Source: a virus
Taxonomy: Duplodnaviria > Caudoviricetes
Reading direction: 5' to 3' (one strand)
Virus record (IMG/VR): IMGVR_UViG_2706796033_000001
Location: 12,272 to 76,271 of that record
Length of the DNA: 64,000 nt
The position numbers and the translations under genes were made by a program. Below, in pieces: positions 19,594 through 28,499 of the stretch (position 1 is the first letter of the stretch; each line of letters begins with the position of its first letter). A model generated the notes under the pieces. That model saw only the letters and a list, made by a program, of their open reading frames with translations. It did not search any database and was not told the DNA's origin.

Positions 19594-20895
19594 GTGGCCG
19601 ATGAGCCAGCGAAAAATAAGAGGCGCGCGAGGGGTGATGGAGGGCTGTACCAAGACGCCAAAGGGTTGTATGTCGGCGTCGTCTGGATCACCGGTCCGGA
19701 CGGCAAAAAGAAGCAGAAGCGAGTCGCCAGCAAGAGCAAAGCGGAGGCTGCCGCGAAGCTGAACAAACTGCGCGCGGACGTGCTGGCCGGTCGGGTCGGA
19801 ACCACGCCGGGGAAGGTCCGGACGGTAGGTGAGTGGTTGGACTACTGGCTGACCGTTAAGAAGCGTGAGGTTCGCCCGAAGTCGTACAGCAGTTACGAGA
19901 GCACCGCGCGGTTGTACCTCAAGCCTCATATCGGTCATATCCGGCTGGACAAGCTGACGGTCGCTCAGGTGCGCTCTACGCTCTCGGCGCTACAGGACGG
20001 TAGTGGTGACACCACGGCGTCGACGCGGAACGCTGAGAAGGCGTACCAGGCGCTAAACAACGCCCTCAAGCAAGCGGTCAACGAGTCCGCGATTCACCGC
20101 AACGTGTGCGATGCGATCAAAAAGCCGAAGCACCGAAAGCAACAGCGCGGCGCATTCGAGAAGAACGCGGCGGTCCACATCCTGCGGACGGCGGCCAAGC
20201 GCGACGACGAGAACGACCCTAAGCGGCCTAAGCTCGCGTCCCGGTGGGCGGCGGCGTTCATGACGGGCGCGCGGCAGGCTGAGCTGATCGGCTTGGAGTG
20301 GGATCGGGTCGACACCGAGAACGGCGTGCTGGATATCTCGTGGCAGTTGCAACGGCTCTCGTATGAGCACGGTTGCGGGGAACCTAAGGACGGTACGTAT
20401 CCGTGCGGCAAGGCGCGCGTCGGGTACTGCCCAGAAAAGAAGTTTGTGCCGCCACCCGGCTTTGAGTATCGGCACTGCCACCGGTCCCTGTTCTGGACGC
20501 GGCCTAAGACGTACTCCGGCGAGCGGATCGTTCCAATGGCTCCGCTACTCGCTGAGTCGCTTAAGGTGCATTCCCGGCTCGATACAGACCCGAATCCGTA
20601 CGGGCTGGTGTGGCATCACCGCGACGGTAGGCCGTTAAGCCAGGAGGACGATAACGAGCAGTGGAACATGCTGATGGCTGCGGCTGGGATTGAGAAGCTG
20701 CCACGGCAGGTGGTGTTGCATGAGGCTCGGAACACTGCGGCGACGATGCTTTTGGAGTCGGGTATCGACGCGAGGGTCATTCAGCAGATTTTGGGGCACG
20801 CGTCGATCTTGCAGACGCGCGAGTACCAGAGGGTCAGTTTGGAATTGGGAAAGAGCGCCGTCAGCAATGCGTTCGACGCTCTGCTCCCATCCTAG
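19594..20895 (+). CDS. int: Tyrosine integrase
   Basis: RARGDGGLY arm-binding N-terminus, TGARQAE (R), PKT (K), HEAR (HxxR), LGH, TREY (Y). Confidence 0.95.
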   Translation: MADEPAKNKRRARGDGGLYQDAKGLYVGVVWITGPDGKKKQKRVASKSKAEAAAKLNKLRADVLAGRVGTTPGKVRTVGEWLDYWLTVKKREVRPKSYSSYESTARLYLKPHIGHIRLDKLTVAQVRSTLSALQDGSGDTTASTRNAEKAYQALNNALKQAVNESAIHRNVCDAIKKPKHRKQQRGAFEKNAAVHILRTAAKRDDENDPKRPKLASRWAAAFMTGARQAELIGLEWDRVDTENGVLDISWQLQRLSYEHGCGEPKDGTYPCGKARVGYCPEKKFVPPPGFEYRHCHRSLFWTRPKTYSGERIVPMAPLLAESLKVHSRLDTDPNPYGLVWHHRDGRPLSQEDDNEQWNMLMAAAGIEKLPRQVVLHEARNTAATMLLESGIDARVIQQILGHASILQTREYQRVSLELGKSAVSNAFDALLPS

Positions 20896-21675
20896 TTAGA
20901 AAGCGCCGTCGAGCTGCTTAGGCGTGGGCCGGTTCTTAACCCTGCGCTTAAGCGGCTTCTCGGCGCGGATGCGCCGCCACATGTGGGCCTTAAGGTGGCG
21001 CTGCTTGCGGCTCCACGAAAGGCTCATGGTGACCATCCAGAGGGATGCTGCAATGACCGTGATTCGCCAGGGCCAGCGCCCCTCAGCTACTCCAATGGTG
21101 ATCGGCGCTGCGAGCGCTAGTCCGGTGGCGATCAGGTAGAGGTTGGCGATTAGCGGTGAGCGCGGATCGGTTTGACGGATGCGCCAGAACAGCCAGCAGG
21201 TGTGGGTGAGTAGCCACGCGTAGACGGCGATTGTGAGCGGCGTAATGGCCGCGTGGTCGCCAGTTACCCACAGCCCGACGATTGTCGGCGTGGTCACCGT
21301 CAAAGGGACGCCTAGGTGGCTATTGAGCAGAGCGTCCTTATACGGGCGGGTCCAGTCCATGCGTTCGATGAGTCCACCAAGGAATACCGCGTAGCCGATC
21401 ATGAGCATGATGTGACCGACGAGGAACTGTGCGGAGATATGGCTGTAACTAAACGTGTTGGGGGACAGCGGATTAAACACTGAGAGCCAGGGGGATAAGA
21501 GGGCCAATGCTGTGAGTACCAGCGCGGAGCTGGCGGTGGGGCCTGTCTCCCATCGAATGTGCCAGGTGTTTCGGCGTAGTACCTGGTTGGCGATTCCTAC
21601 AGCGATCAGCGTCCACATGAGCGCGTGGTCTACGAGGGAGGTTAGTTCGTTGGCAAGGTGGAGCTGTTCAAGCAT
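20896..21675 (-). CDS. Multi-pass membrane protein co-oriented with the repressor
   Basis: About 7 hydrophobic segments; lies between int and repressor. Confidence 0.7.
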   Translation of the reverse strand: MLEQLHLANELTSLVDHALMWTLIAVGIANQVLRRNTWHIRWETGPTASSALVLTALALLSPWLSVFNPLSPNTFSYSHISAQFLVGHIMLMIGYAVFLGGLIERMDWTRPYKDALLNSHLGVPLTVTTPTIVGLWVTGDHAAITPLTIAVYAWLLTHTCWLFWRIRQTDPRSPLIANLYLIATGLALAAPITIGVAEGRWPWRITVIAASLWMVTMSLSWSRKQRHLKAHMWRRIRAEKPLKRRVKNRPTPKQLDGAF

Positions 21676-21824
21676 AGGGTCGTGCCTTTACGGGAGGGGC
21701 TGGACTCACGTCCGGGTGGGAGGGGAAACGGCTTGTGACTCAGGCCGTTACAGGGAATGTACTGCCCTGGTTACACCGTCGTCAATGGCCGTTTTCCCGC
21801 TAGCAACCTCCCACAAAATCCGCA

Positions 21825-22205
21825 TTACAGAGGCGGAATATCGGTGCGTGCCCTGGGCCGGTTAAGTCGGCCCCTGCTCCGTCTCCTCACTGCCGTTAGC
21901 ACCGGAGGGTCCAACGGCGCGTCACCCCCGTCAGCGATGACCTCACCCTCCCGCTCAAGGAAGTCGATCAGGTCCGTCTTGGATATGTGCCCGAAGCGCA
22001 CCAGCAGATCAACCTTGTCGAGGTTGAAGTGCTCAGCGACGGCCATGAGGTTGGGGATGCTGTTCAGCACGCCCTTATCCCGCTGCTCGTAGTAGGTAGA
22101 GCGGGAGATACCGAGCGCGCTCAGGGCCTCTTGCATACGTACCTGACGTTTAAGTAGGTAGCTCACCACAACGATCAGGTCATTGTCTTCGTCTCTGGCC
22201 GACAT
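21825..22205 (-). CDS. Immunity repressor
   Basis: HTH (ALGISRSTYY); divergent from the Cro-like gene. Confidence 0.75.
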   Translation of the reverse strand: MSARDEDNDLIVVVSYLLKRQVRMQEALSALGISRSTYYEQRDKGVLNSIPNLMAVAEHFNLDKVDLLVRFGHISKTDLIDFLEREGEVIADGGDAPLDPPVLTAVRRRSRGRLNRPRARTDIPPL

Positions 22206-22216
22206 GCCGACCATCT

Positions 22217-22301
22217 TGTCCGACTGTCGGGACAAGTGTCAACCCGGCTGACCAGCAAAGACGGTCTTACACGGCTGTAATTCTGTCCGAAAAGTCGGAC
22301 A
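22217..22301. promoter_or_regulatory. Two 18-bp palindromic operators
   Basis: TGTCCGACTGTCGGGACA (22217-22234) and TGTCCGAAAAGTCGGACA (22284-22301) between repressor and cro. Confidence 0.65.
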
Positions 22302-22342
22302 AATCCCTTCCGGATCGGATCGGGCTGTGTATCGTTCTCACC

Positions 22343-22630
22343 GTGACGCCGACAACCTCCCAAACCTCAGCCCACACGATTCGCTGGATTCCCGAAGCAG
22401 TGGAGAATCTGCTGCATAACCACGACATTCTGACTCGCACTGAGCTTGCAAACGCGCTGGGTGTAGCGCGTTCCACCGTGTACCGCACGTTCGATGACGA
22501 CTGGTCCGGTGAGCCGAGCATGACGATGCTGGCGCGGATGGCGGGCCACTTCAGAGTCCCCCTTAACCGCATCGTTACCGAGCCGGGGCGGACAAACACG
22601 CGCCGCAGAAATGTCCGGTTGGCCGGATGA
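22343..22630 (+). CDS. cro: Cro-like HTH protein
   Basis: ELANALGVARSTVYR HTH, divergent from repressor. Confidence 0.75.
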   Translation: MTPTTSQTSAHTIRWIPEAVENLLHNHDILTRTELANALGVARSTVYRTFDDDWSGEPSMTMLARMAGHFRVPLNRIVTEPGRTNTRRRNVRLAG

Positions 22631-22842
22631 CCGCCAACACAGCGCTTCTGTCCGATGAGCCAGACAGGTTGCTCGTTACTCGCCCAGAAGCCGCCCGAAT
22701 CCTTGGCCTGTCCGTCCCTGAGATTGACCGGCTGCGCCACAAAGGAAAGCTGCTGGCGAAAAAGCACGGCTCAAAGGTGCTGTTCCCGATGAAAGAGCTT
22801 GAGCGTTTCGCCAATGACCTGCCTTGGGAGCTTGACCAGTGA
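22627..22842 (+). CDS. xis: Excisionase-like HTH protein
   Basis: LLVTRPEAARILGLS...L...GKL, ELERF. Confidence 0.7.
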   Translation: MTANTALLSDEPDRLLVTRPEAARILGLSVPEIDRLRHKGKLLAKKHGSKVLFPMKELERFANDLPWELDQ

Positions 22843-23201
22843 CTAGAACCCGCATTGAACCCGATGCCGAAGCTGTCGAAGAACTTAAGGCCGCGTTAGA
22901 GCGGCTAAGGAAGGACGGATGGAACCGTGGAAAGTTTCACGATGTCGCAACAGGCAAGTGCTGTGCTCTTGGGGCATTCGGCTACTCGTTTCCCACGGAG
23001 TCGCCCGGCGTTAAGTACCTCGCCTACGCAGTCCGCACCCGCAAAGGCGGGCACCCATACCCGGCAGACATGCCAGATATGTCCGTCGTCATTCGTTTCA
23101 ACGATGCACATGGCCGAAAGTGGGCAGAGGTCGAGGCCGTATTCCTCGCCGCTATCCGTTACGCGGAAGGTAAAGGCGTCTATGTCCGAGAAGGCCGTTA
23201 G
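22839..23201 (+). CDS. Hypothetical protein
   Basis: GW.RG...GKCCALGA...FND motif seen in actinophage early genes. Confidence 0.6.
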   Translation: MTRTRIEPDAEAVEELKAALERLRKDGWNRGKFHDVATGKCCALGAFGYSFPTESPGVKYLAYAVRTRKGGHPYPADMPDMSVVIRFNDAHGRKWAEVEAVFLAAIRYAEGKGVYVREGR

Positions 23202-23279
23202 GGATAACGTGCTGGCCGCTGTGTCGCTGGCTGCGTTGATCTTGCTCGGTGCCATCGTTCTTAGCGAGCTGTTCGCGGG

Positions 23280-23705
23280 GTGGCAGGCATGAGTACAGCG
23301 CCAGTACAGAAACTTGGTTCTATTGTTTCCGTATCCCCCGAAAACTCCGTAGAGTTATTAGTAGAGGGGGAGGGGATGAGAAAGTTCCGAGACGTGATCA
23401 ACGAAGCGCGAAAGGTCGCAATGTTGAATCCCCTTGGACGTAACACCGGTAAGGGTTACTTCGAGTATGGAGAGCCTTGCTGCTTCTTCGGTCACGTCTT
23501 GGAACGTCTCTTGCTCCCTAACGTTGCCAAATGGGAAATTGCCCTCTTTAACACCTACACACTTGCTGAATTGCCCTGGTCCTGTTGGGGCATTGAAGAA
23601 CCTAACGAATATCAGCGGTTGTGGATCGCTAAGGTCCAAGCCGCTGCCGATAACGGGGATTCGTGGATTATCGCTATTGCGATGGCTGACGCGACTCTCA
23701 TTTAG
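23280..23705 (+). CDS. Hypothetical protein
   Basis: PCCFFGH.L...VQ.AAD.G.SW motif. Confidence 0.55.
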   Translation: MAGMSTAPVQKLGSIVSVSPENSVELLVEGEGMRKFRDVINEARKVAMLNPLGRNTGKGYFEYGEPCCFFGHVLERLLLPNVAKWEIALFNTYTLAELPWSCWGIEEPNEYQRLWIAKVQAAADNGDSWIIAIAMADATLI

Positions 23706-23908
23706 ATTTCAGCTACGCACCTGAGGCTGGCTAAACAAATCAGCTGCACACATAAGTAATAACTGTTGACCTCTACGAAGTAACTCCGTTGCCGGAGCGT
23801 CTGTGTTCAGTGTCCAGACGGCAGAGTGGTTCGCCTGCAAGTAAGTCAGCATGAGTACGTAACCCGTTCACCGTCCTGTGCATTGGGCCTATTCGGTGAA
23901 TGGGGGTA

Positions 23909-24002
23909 GCGATACGCGGTTGGTGCCTGAGGGTGACCGCCACTGCTTTAACTGACCCGCTAGTGGTGTTAAAGCATCCAGGTTCAATTCCTGGGTATCG
24001 CA
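23909..24002 (+). ncRNA. Atypical tRNA-like RNA
   Basis: GCGATAC/GTATCGC acceptor, GCGGTT/GACCGC arm, TGCTTTAAC/GTTAAAGCA long arm, canonical T arm CCAGG-TTCAATT-CCTGG. Confidence 0.55.
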
Positions 24003-24151
24003 CTGGGCCGGGAGGTTGAGGCGCACGGCACTAACGGGCATTAGTGCTTGGGCGCGGGACGTAAGGGTGTGGCGTTCGCGCTGCCTTGTCGCGCTCCCTC
24101 CCGGCCATTCTCTTCACCACCGATCACCACATCACCACGAAAGGGCGCGCT

Positions 24152-24508
24152 ATGACAGTTATCTACTTGGGCGAACCCACCGGCCCACGACTTCGGTGCC
24201 TTAGCCGCTCAAAAGAGCGGGAGCTGGACGAATGGCTGACAGACGCGCTTAAGCATGGTGGTCCACGCGACCACGACGTTCCCGTCGACTACACCCGCGC
24301 GCTTAGCGCCTTAGCTAAGCGTCGGGGAATCCAGTTCCACTTCAACGGCGACCGGATGCGCGTACGTGGCGAAGTGGTTTTGGGGCAGAACTTGCCCGGC
24401 TGTGTTGGCGGGTCGAAACGAAAGGTCACGGTTACCGACGAACGCTCTGCTGTTACGAAACTTGGAAACCGCGTCGAACCTTGGAATATGAGGGATTGGC
24501 GTGAATGA
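24152..24508 (+). CDS. Hypothetical protein
   Basis: GAAAGG RBS + ATG. Confidence 0.5.
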   Translation: MTVIYLGEPTGPRLRCLSRSKERELDEWLTDALKHGGPRDHDVPVDYTRALSALAKRRGIQFHFNGDRMRVRGEVVLGQNLPGCVGGSKRKVTVTDERSAVTKLGNRVEPWNMRDWRE

Positions 24509-24698
24509 GTTGACACCTGGGGTACAGGCGATGTACCTTGATTACTGCAAGGAGTACGGAAAGTGGCAAAGCAGTTTTCTTGCCCGCTGGAATGTGGAGC
24601 CTCGTACAGCGAGCAATACCAGCTCCACCTTCACGAATACGCATCCGAAAAAGGCATCCTTCCGACGTGTGGTCGGGGGGCCGAACGAAAGGCGCGCT

Positions 24699-25532
24699 AT
24701 GCCGGAGGCGATCACGCTGCAAACGGACTTGAGGCAGCCTGAGAAGCTAATGCTGGCCGGGGACTGGCACGGCAATCTGCCGTGGGCGTTCAAGGCGATC
24801 CACTTCGCTAAGGCGCACGGTGCAGACACGATCCTGCACGTGGGCGACTTTGGCTGGTGGGCACCGATTGAGCGGACGTTCCAGTTCCTCGCGGAGGTCG
24901 ACAAAGAGCTTAAGGCGACCGGTATCGACCTTCTTTGGGTCGACGGTAACCACGAGGACCACGCGTTTTGGCACCAGTTCAATAAGCCGGGGTCGTATCC
25001 GCTGACCACCATGTCTTACTCAAGCATCACGCACTTGCCGCGTGGCTTCCGGTGGAAATGGTGGGGCGATACATGGATGGCGCTGGGTGGCGCTCACTCC
25101 GTGGATCGGAGCTGGGCCGTCGAGGGCCAAACCTGGTGGCCGGGCGAGTGGTTGCAGGACGACCAGCTCGAGTACGCCATGCGGCCCGGCAAGGTGGACA
25201 TAATCGTGTCGCACGACGCGCCGACCAACGTCGACATTCCCGGCATCGTGCCCGGTAAGGCGATTTACCTGCATATCGGCGGCATGAAGCGCCGCGTTCC
25301 ACAGGCCGACTTGCTTAAGGCTGAGGAGCACCGCGCTCGTATCCAGCAGGTTGTGGACGCGGTTAAACCCGTCGAGCTTTACCACGGCCATTACCACCGC
25401 GCTTACCAGTCGTTGTCGCGCCATGAGGGCGGCGGCTACACGCTGTGTCGTGGCCTGGATAAGGACGAAACCACGATGGCTCAGAACACCCATTTCATTA
25501 CGGGAGGCACGCAGGATGACGACGACGACTAA
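24699..25532 (+). CDS. Metallophosphoesterase
   Basis: GDWHG, GDFG, DGNHE, SHDAP, HGHYH motifs; frame also open from 24501. Confidence 0.9.
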   Translation: MPEAITLQTDLRQPEKLMLAGDWHGNLPWAFKAIHFAKAHGADTILHVGDFGWWAPIERTFQFLAEVDKELKATGIDLLWVDGNHEDHAFWHQFNKPGSYPLTTMSYSSITHLPRGFRWKWWGDTWMALGGAHSVDRSWAVEGQTWWPGEWLQDDQLEYAMRPGKVDIIVSHDAPTNVDIPGIVPGKAIYLHIGGMKRRVPQADLLKAEEHRARIQQVVDAVKPVELYHGHYHRAYQSLSRHEGGGYTLCRGLDKDETTMAQNTHFITGGTQDDDDD

Positions 25533-25848
25533 CCCTGAGCGTGAGGTCTGCCGGATGCCTAGCGGTGCCCTGACGATTAAGGGCACTAGCGTTTGGCTGC
25601 CGGATGATCCTGACCTTTTGGAGCGGGAGCGCCAGGAGGCCGCGCAGCGGCTTACCGACATTCTCGCGGCTAAGCGTTTCCTGCTTGAGGAGCAGGACCG
25701 GGAGTACGGCGGCGCTATCGACTTCGCTACCCGTAAGGCTAACGAGGAGTGCGGTCGCGCCAACCAGGTTCTCTACCGGGATATGTCCACCCGCGATCAG
25801 CGTTGGTGGGTCGCTTTCCTTAAGGCGGTGCGCCATGAGGGCGAGTGA
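25516..25848 (+). CDS. Hypothetical protein
   Basis: GGAGG RBS, overlapping start/stop. Confidence 0.5.
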   Translation: MTTTTNPEREVCRMPSGALTIKGTSVWLPDDPDLLERERQEAAQRLTDILAAKRFLLEEQDREYGGAIDFATRKANEECGRANQVLYRDMSTRDQRWWVAFLKAVRHEGE

Positions 25849-26042
25849 GCGGCTAGCGGAGCGCAACGACATTCTCGAAGTCATCGCTGAGATTGATTCT
25901 GAGCTGTCTGCGCTTGTCGGCATTAGGTCTTTCCGCGCGGCGCAGGAGGCGCGGGAGAAATTGGATATCCGCCGGGGTTTGGAGGCGGAACTTAACGCGC
26001 TCGGGTTTAAAGCGCCTGAGCTTGACGAAAGGTTGAAGCACC

Positions 26043-26288
26043 GTGAGGTTACTCGCAGCAGTGCTGCTACTGGCGGTGATCGTGCTGGCGGTAGTGGCAG
26101 CGGTTCAGTGGTTGCGAAACGCCGTATTGGACCGTCGCCTCAAGCGAGCTAACGACCCTTTGCAGTACCTCACCCGGAAGGAGCGCCGGGAACATGCGCG
26201 GGCGCTCGCTAAGCGCCACCTGTCCGAGGCGGATGAGGCGTATTACCAGCGCCTTAACGAAATGCTCAAAGTCACCCCGGTTCTGTAA
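26043..26288 (+). CDS. Small membrane protein
   Basis: N-terminal TM segment. Confidence 0.55.
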   Translation: MRLLAAVLLLAVIVLAVVAAVQWLRNAVLDRRLKRANDPLQYLTRKERREHARALAKRHLSEADEAYYQRLNEMLKVTPVL

Positions 26289-26325
26289 CTCAGGACCATC
26301 CTCTAAGAAAGGTAATCGCACCAAA

Positions 26326-26454
26326 ATGAAGAAGATCATGGAGTTCTTCGGTTTCACGTCGGCTGGCACGTTCATGAAGGAATGGAAGGCGCTGACCGAG
26401 ACCGATCAGGCTCAGCTCAAGGCCGGTATCGAGGACGGCTCGCTGACCTACTAA
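26326..26454 (+). CDS. Small hypothetical protein
   Basis: MKKIMEFFG...GIEDGSLTY, GAAAGG RBS. Confidence 0.55.
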   Translation: MKKIMEFFGFTSAGTFMKEWKALTETDQAQLKAGIEDGSLTY

Positions 26455-26544
26455 CTGCGCTCCCTAACTAAGCCCCTGCTAACTCCGGTTGGTGGGGGCT
26501 TAGTTGTGCGCGAAATAAACCCTTTCAGGAAAGGAATCCTTACG

Positions 26545-27504
26545 TTGAACCGTAAGAAAATCGCGGCTATTGCCGTGGCTGCGGCTGCCGTTCTGCCGGT
26601 CGTCGCATGTTCGACTTCGGTCCCGGCGGGCGTAACTGCCGTCAAGGTGGAGGACTACGCGTTTATCCCGACCGATCCGACCGTCGAGGGCTGCATGAAG
26701 CCGGAGACGAACGAGTACAACCCTATCGGCGGGTTCAAGGCGTACATGTACCCGGCCCGGCAGATCAGCTACGACGCGCTTGACGCTGAGGGCACGGAGG
26801 CTCCGGCCACTGTCGTCGTGTCGAACGCATCGGCTCCGGCTGAGCTTAAGGTGCCGGTGACGGTCACGTTCGACCTCACGTCGGACTGTGAGCTGCTTAA
26901 GCAGTTCCATCGGGACTTCGGCACGAAGTACCAGGGCTGGCTTAACGATGACGGCACCACTTCGCAGGGCTGGAAAGACCTGCTGAATTACGTCGTCGGC
27001 CAGCCGTTGCAGAACACGTTGGTGTCGATTGCGCAGAAGTACGAATGGCGCAAGATTTGGAACGACGAGGCTGTGCGCGTCGAGTTCCAGAACGCGCTGC
27101 GCGAGACGCTGCCTAAGGTGTCGCGCGACCGTACTAACGGCGTCGACTACTTCACCAACTTTCAGGTGACCGTGATGAAGCCGGACCCGGTTGACGCGAA
27201 CCTCAAGTCCGCGATCATTGCGGAACAGCAGGCCATCGCTCAGGCCAAGGCTGCCGAGGCTAAGGGTGTGGCGGACGCGAACGCTGCCGAGGCTAAGGCT
27301 AAGGCTGATGTGGCGGCGGCGACTGCGCAGACCGAGGTTGCGCGGCAGGAGGCGTTGAAGCGTCAGGCTGAGGTCAGCGGCTACCCGTCCGTTGACGACT
27401 ATCTGCGGGCGCTGGAAATCAACGCTAAGCGCGATGCGGTGAGCGCGGGTATCAATCCGTGGCCTTCGCCGATTGTGGCTGGCGTTCCGACTGCCGGTCG
27501 CTAA
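26545..27504 (+). CDS. SPFH/Band-7-like lipoprotein
   Basis: Lipobox VVAC, VPAG..AV.V, C-terminal Ala/Gln coiled coil. Confidence 0.7.
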   Translation: MNRKKIAAIAVAAAAVLPVVACSTSVPAGVTAVKVEDYAFIPTDPTVEGCMKPETNEYNPIGGFKAYMYPARQISYDALDAEGTEAPATVVVSNASAPAELKVPVTVTFDLTSDCELLKQFHRDFGTKYQGWLNDDGTTSQGWKDLLNYVVGQPLQNTLVSIAQKYEWRKIWNDEAVRVEFQNALRETLPKVSRDRTNGVDYFTNFQVTVMKPDPVDANLKSAIIAEQQAIAQAKAAEAKGVADANAAEAKAKADVAAATAQTEVARQEALKRQAEVSGYPSVDDYLRALEINAKRDAVSAGINPWPSPIVAGVPTAGR

Positions 27505-27684
27505 TGCTTAGCCGTATCAAGCCGCGTGATTGGCTTTTCCTGGCGATCTGCACCGTGGTTATAGCGACCACTGTTGCAGCCCTGCTGCTCATCGGCTAAT
27601 TGACTCTCCCTAGGTGGGGCGCGCATACCTAGGGGTGATTAACGCACGCGCATCCTAAACCCTTGAGAACTAAGGAAAAACACC

Positions 27685-28134
27685 ATGTCGAAAAAGTCTC
27701 TGTTCAAGCAACCGGGTGTCGAGCAGTTGATTCCCGGCGCAGAGCTGCCGGTCGGCGTTAAGGTCACCGGTCGCAACATGCACGCGGTGTCTCTGCTCGC
27801 GTCGGTGAGCGGCGAGACGCTGGGTCGTCGGACCATCGTTAAGTCGTACTTTGAGGCGGACGGCTCCCTGTCTCACGTCAGGCTGGTTGACGAGGACGGC
27901 ACCGTCGATATCAAGGCGGGCAGCTACATGATGCTGGGCGACGACCGCGAGACCATCGTGATTGCGAACGCGCAGGACTACGCCGCTATTAAGTCGCTGC
28001 TCCCTCTGGTTGGCGCGCTGGGGGACGTATTCTCCACTCTTGCGGCAGCTGGGGCTAAGACCGGCCTCCCCATTTTCGATAGCCTGTTTGACGGGCTGTC
28101 GGGTACCTTGCCGAACATTTTTGGCGGCGTCTAA
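27685..28134 (+). CDS. Hypothetical protein
   Basis: AAGGA RBS. Confidence 0.55.
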   Translation: MSKKSLFKQPGVEQLIPGAELPVGVKVTGRNMHAVSLLASVSGETLGRRTIVKSYFEADGSLSHVRLVDEDGTVDIKAGSYMMLGDDRETIVIANAQDYAAIKSLLPLVGALGDVFSTLAAAGAKTGLPIFDSLFDGLSGTLPNIFGGV

Positions 28135-28373
28135 TGGCGCTGTTCAAAAAGAGCGTGCCCGTCGTCGCTCCACCCAAGTCCGTAGCGTCGATTACGGCTG
28201 GGCTGAGCGATACCCTCGCTGAGCTTGAGGCTCACGCCGACGACCAGGCAGAGCAGGTTTCGTTTCAGAACATGCTCGCGGCCCAGGCGCGGAACGCCGC
28301 TAAGGCGCATGAGGTAGAGCACGACAAGGCGCGCAAGATTGCCGGGAATATCAAGGCGCTACTCGACGCGTGA
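28134..28373 (+). CDS. Hypothetical coiled-coil protein
   Basis: TAATG coupling. Confidence 0.55.
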   Translation: MALFKKSVPVVAPPKSVASITAGLSDTLAELEAHADDQAEQVSFQNMLAAQARNAAKAHEVEHDKARKIAGNIKALLDA

Positions 28374-28499
28374 TCAATTTCGTTTTGCGGAACCTGTCCG
28401 CGCTTCATTACTTCCGTAAGGAGCGCGGCAGGTTTCCCACACTCAAAGAATTTCGTGATGAAACACGATGACACTACGACTTTGCCCTAAGGAGCATTA

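Noticed and set aside
23909-24002. Bona fide pyrrolysine/amber suppressor tRNA
   Set aside because: The CUA-centred loop lacks U33, arm lengths are abnormal, and no pyl genes are present; kept only as a tRNA-like RNA.
23773-24003. 76-aa minus-strand ORF
   Set aside because: It is antisense within a rightward operon and overlaps the tRNA-like fold; no motif support.
28450-28470. Hammerhead ribozyme core (TGATGAAA)
   Set aside because: Lacks CTGATGA plus a separate GAAA and the three-stem arrangement.
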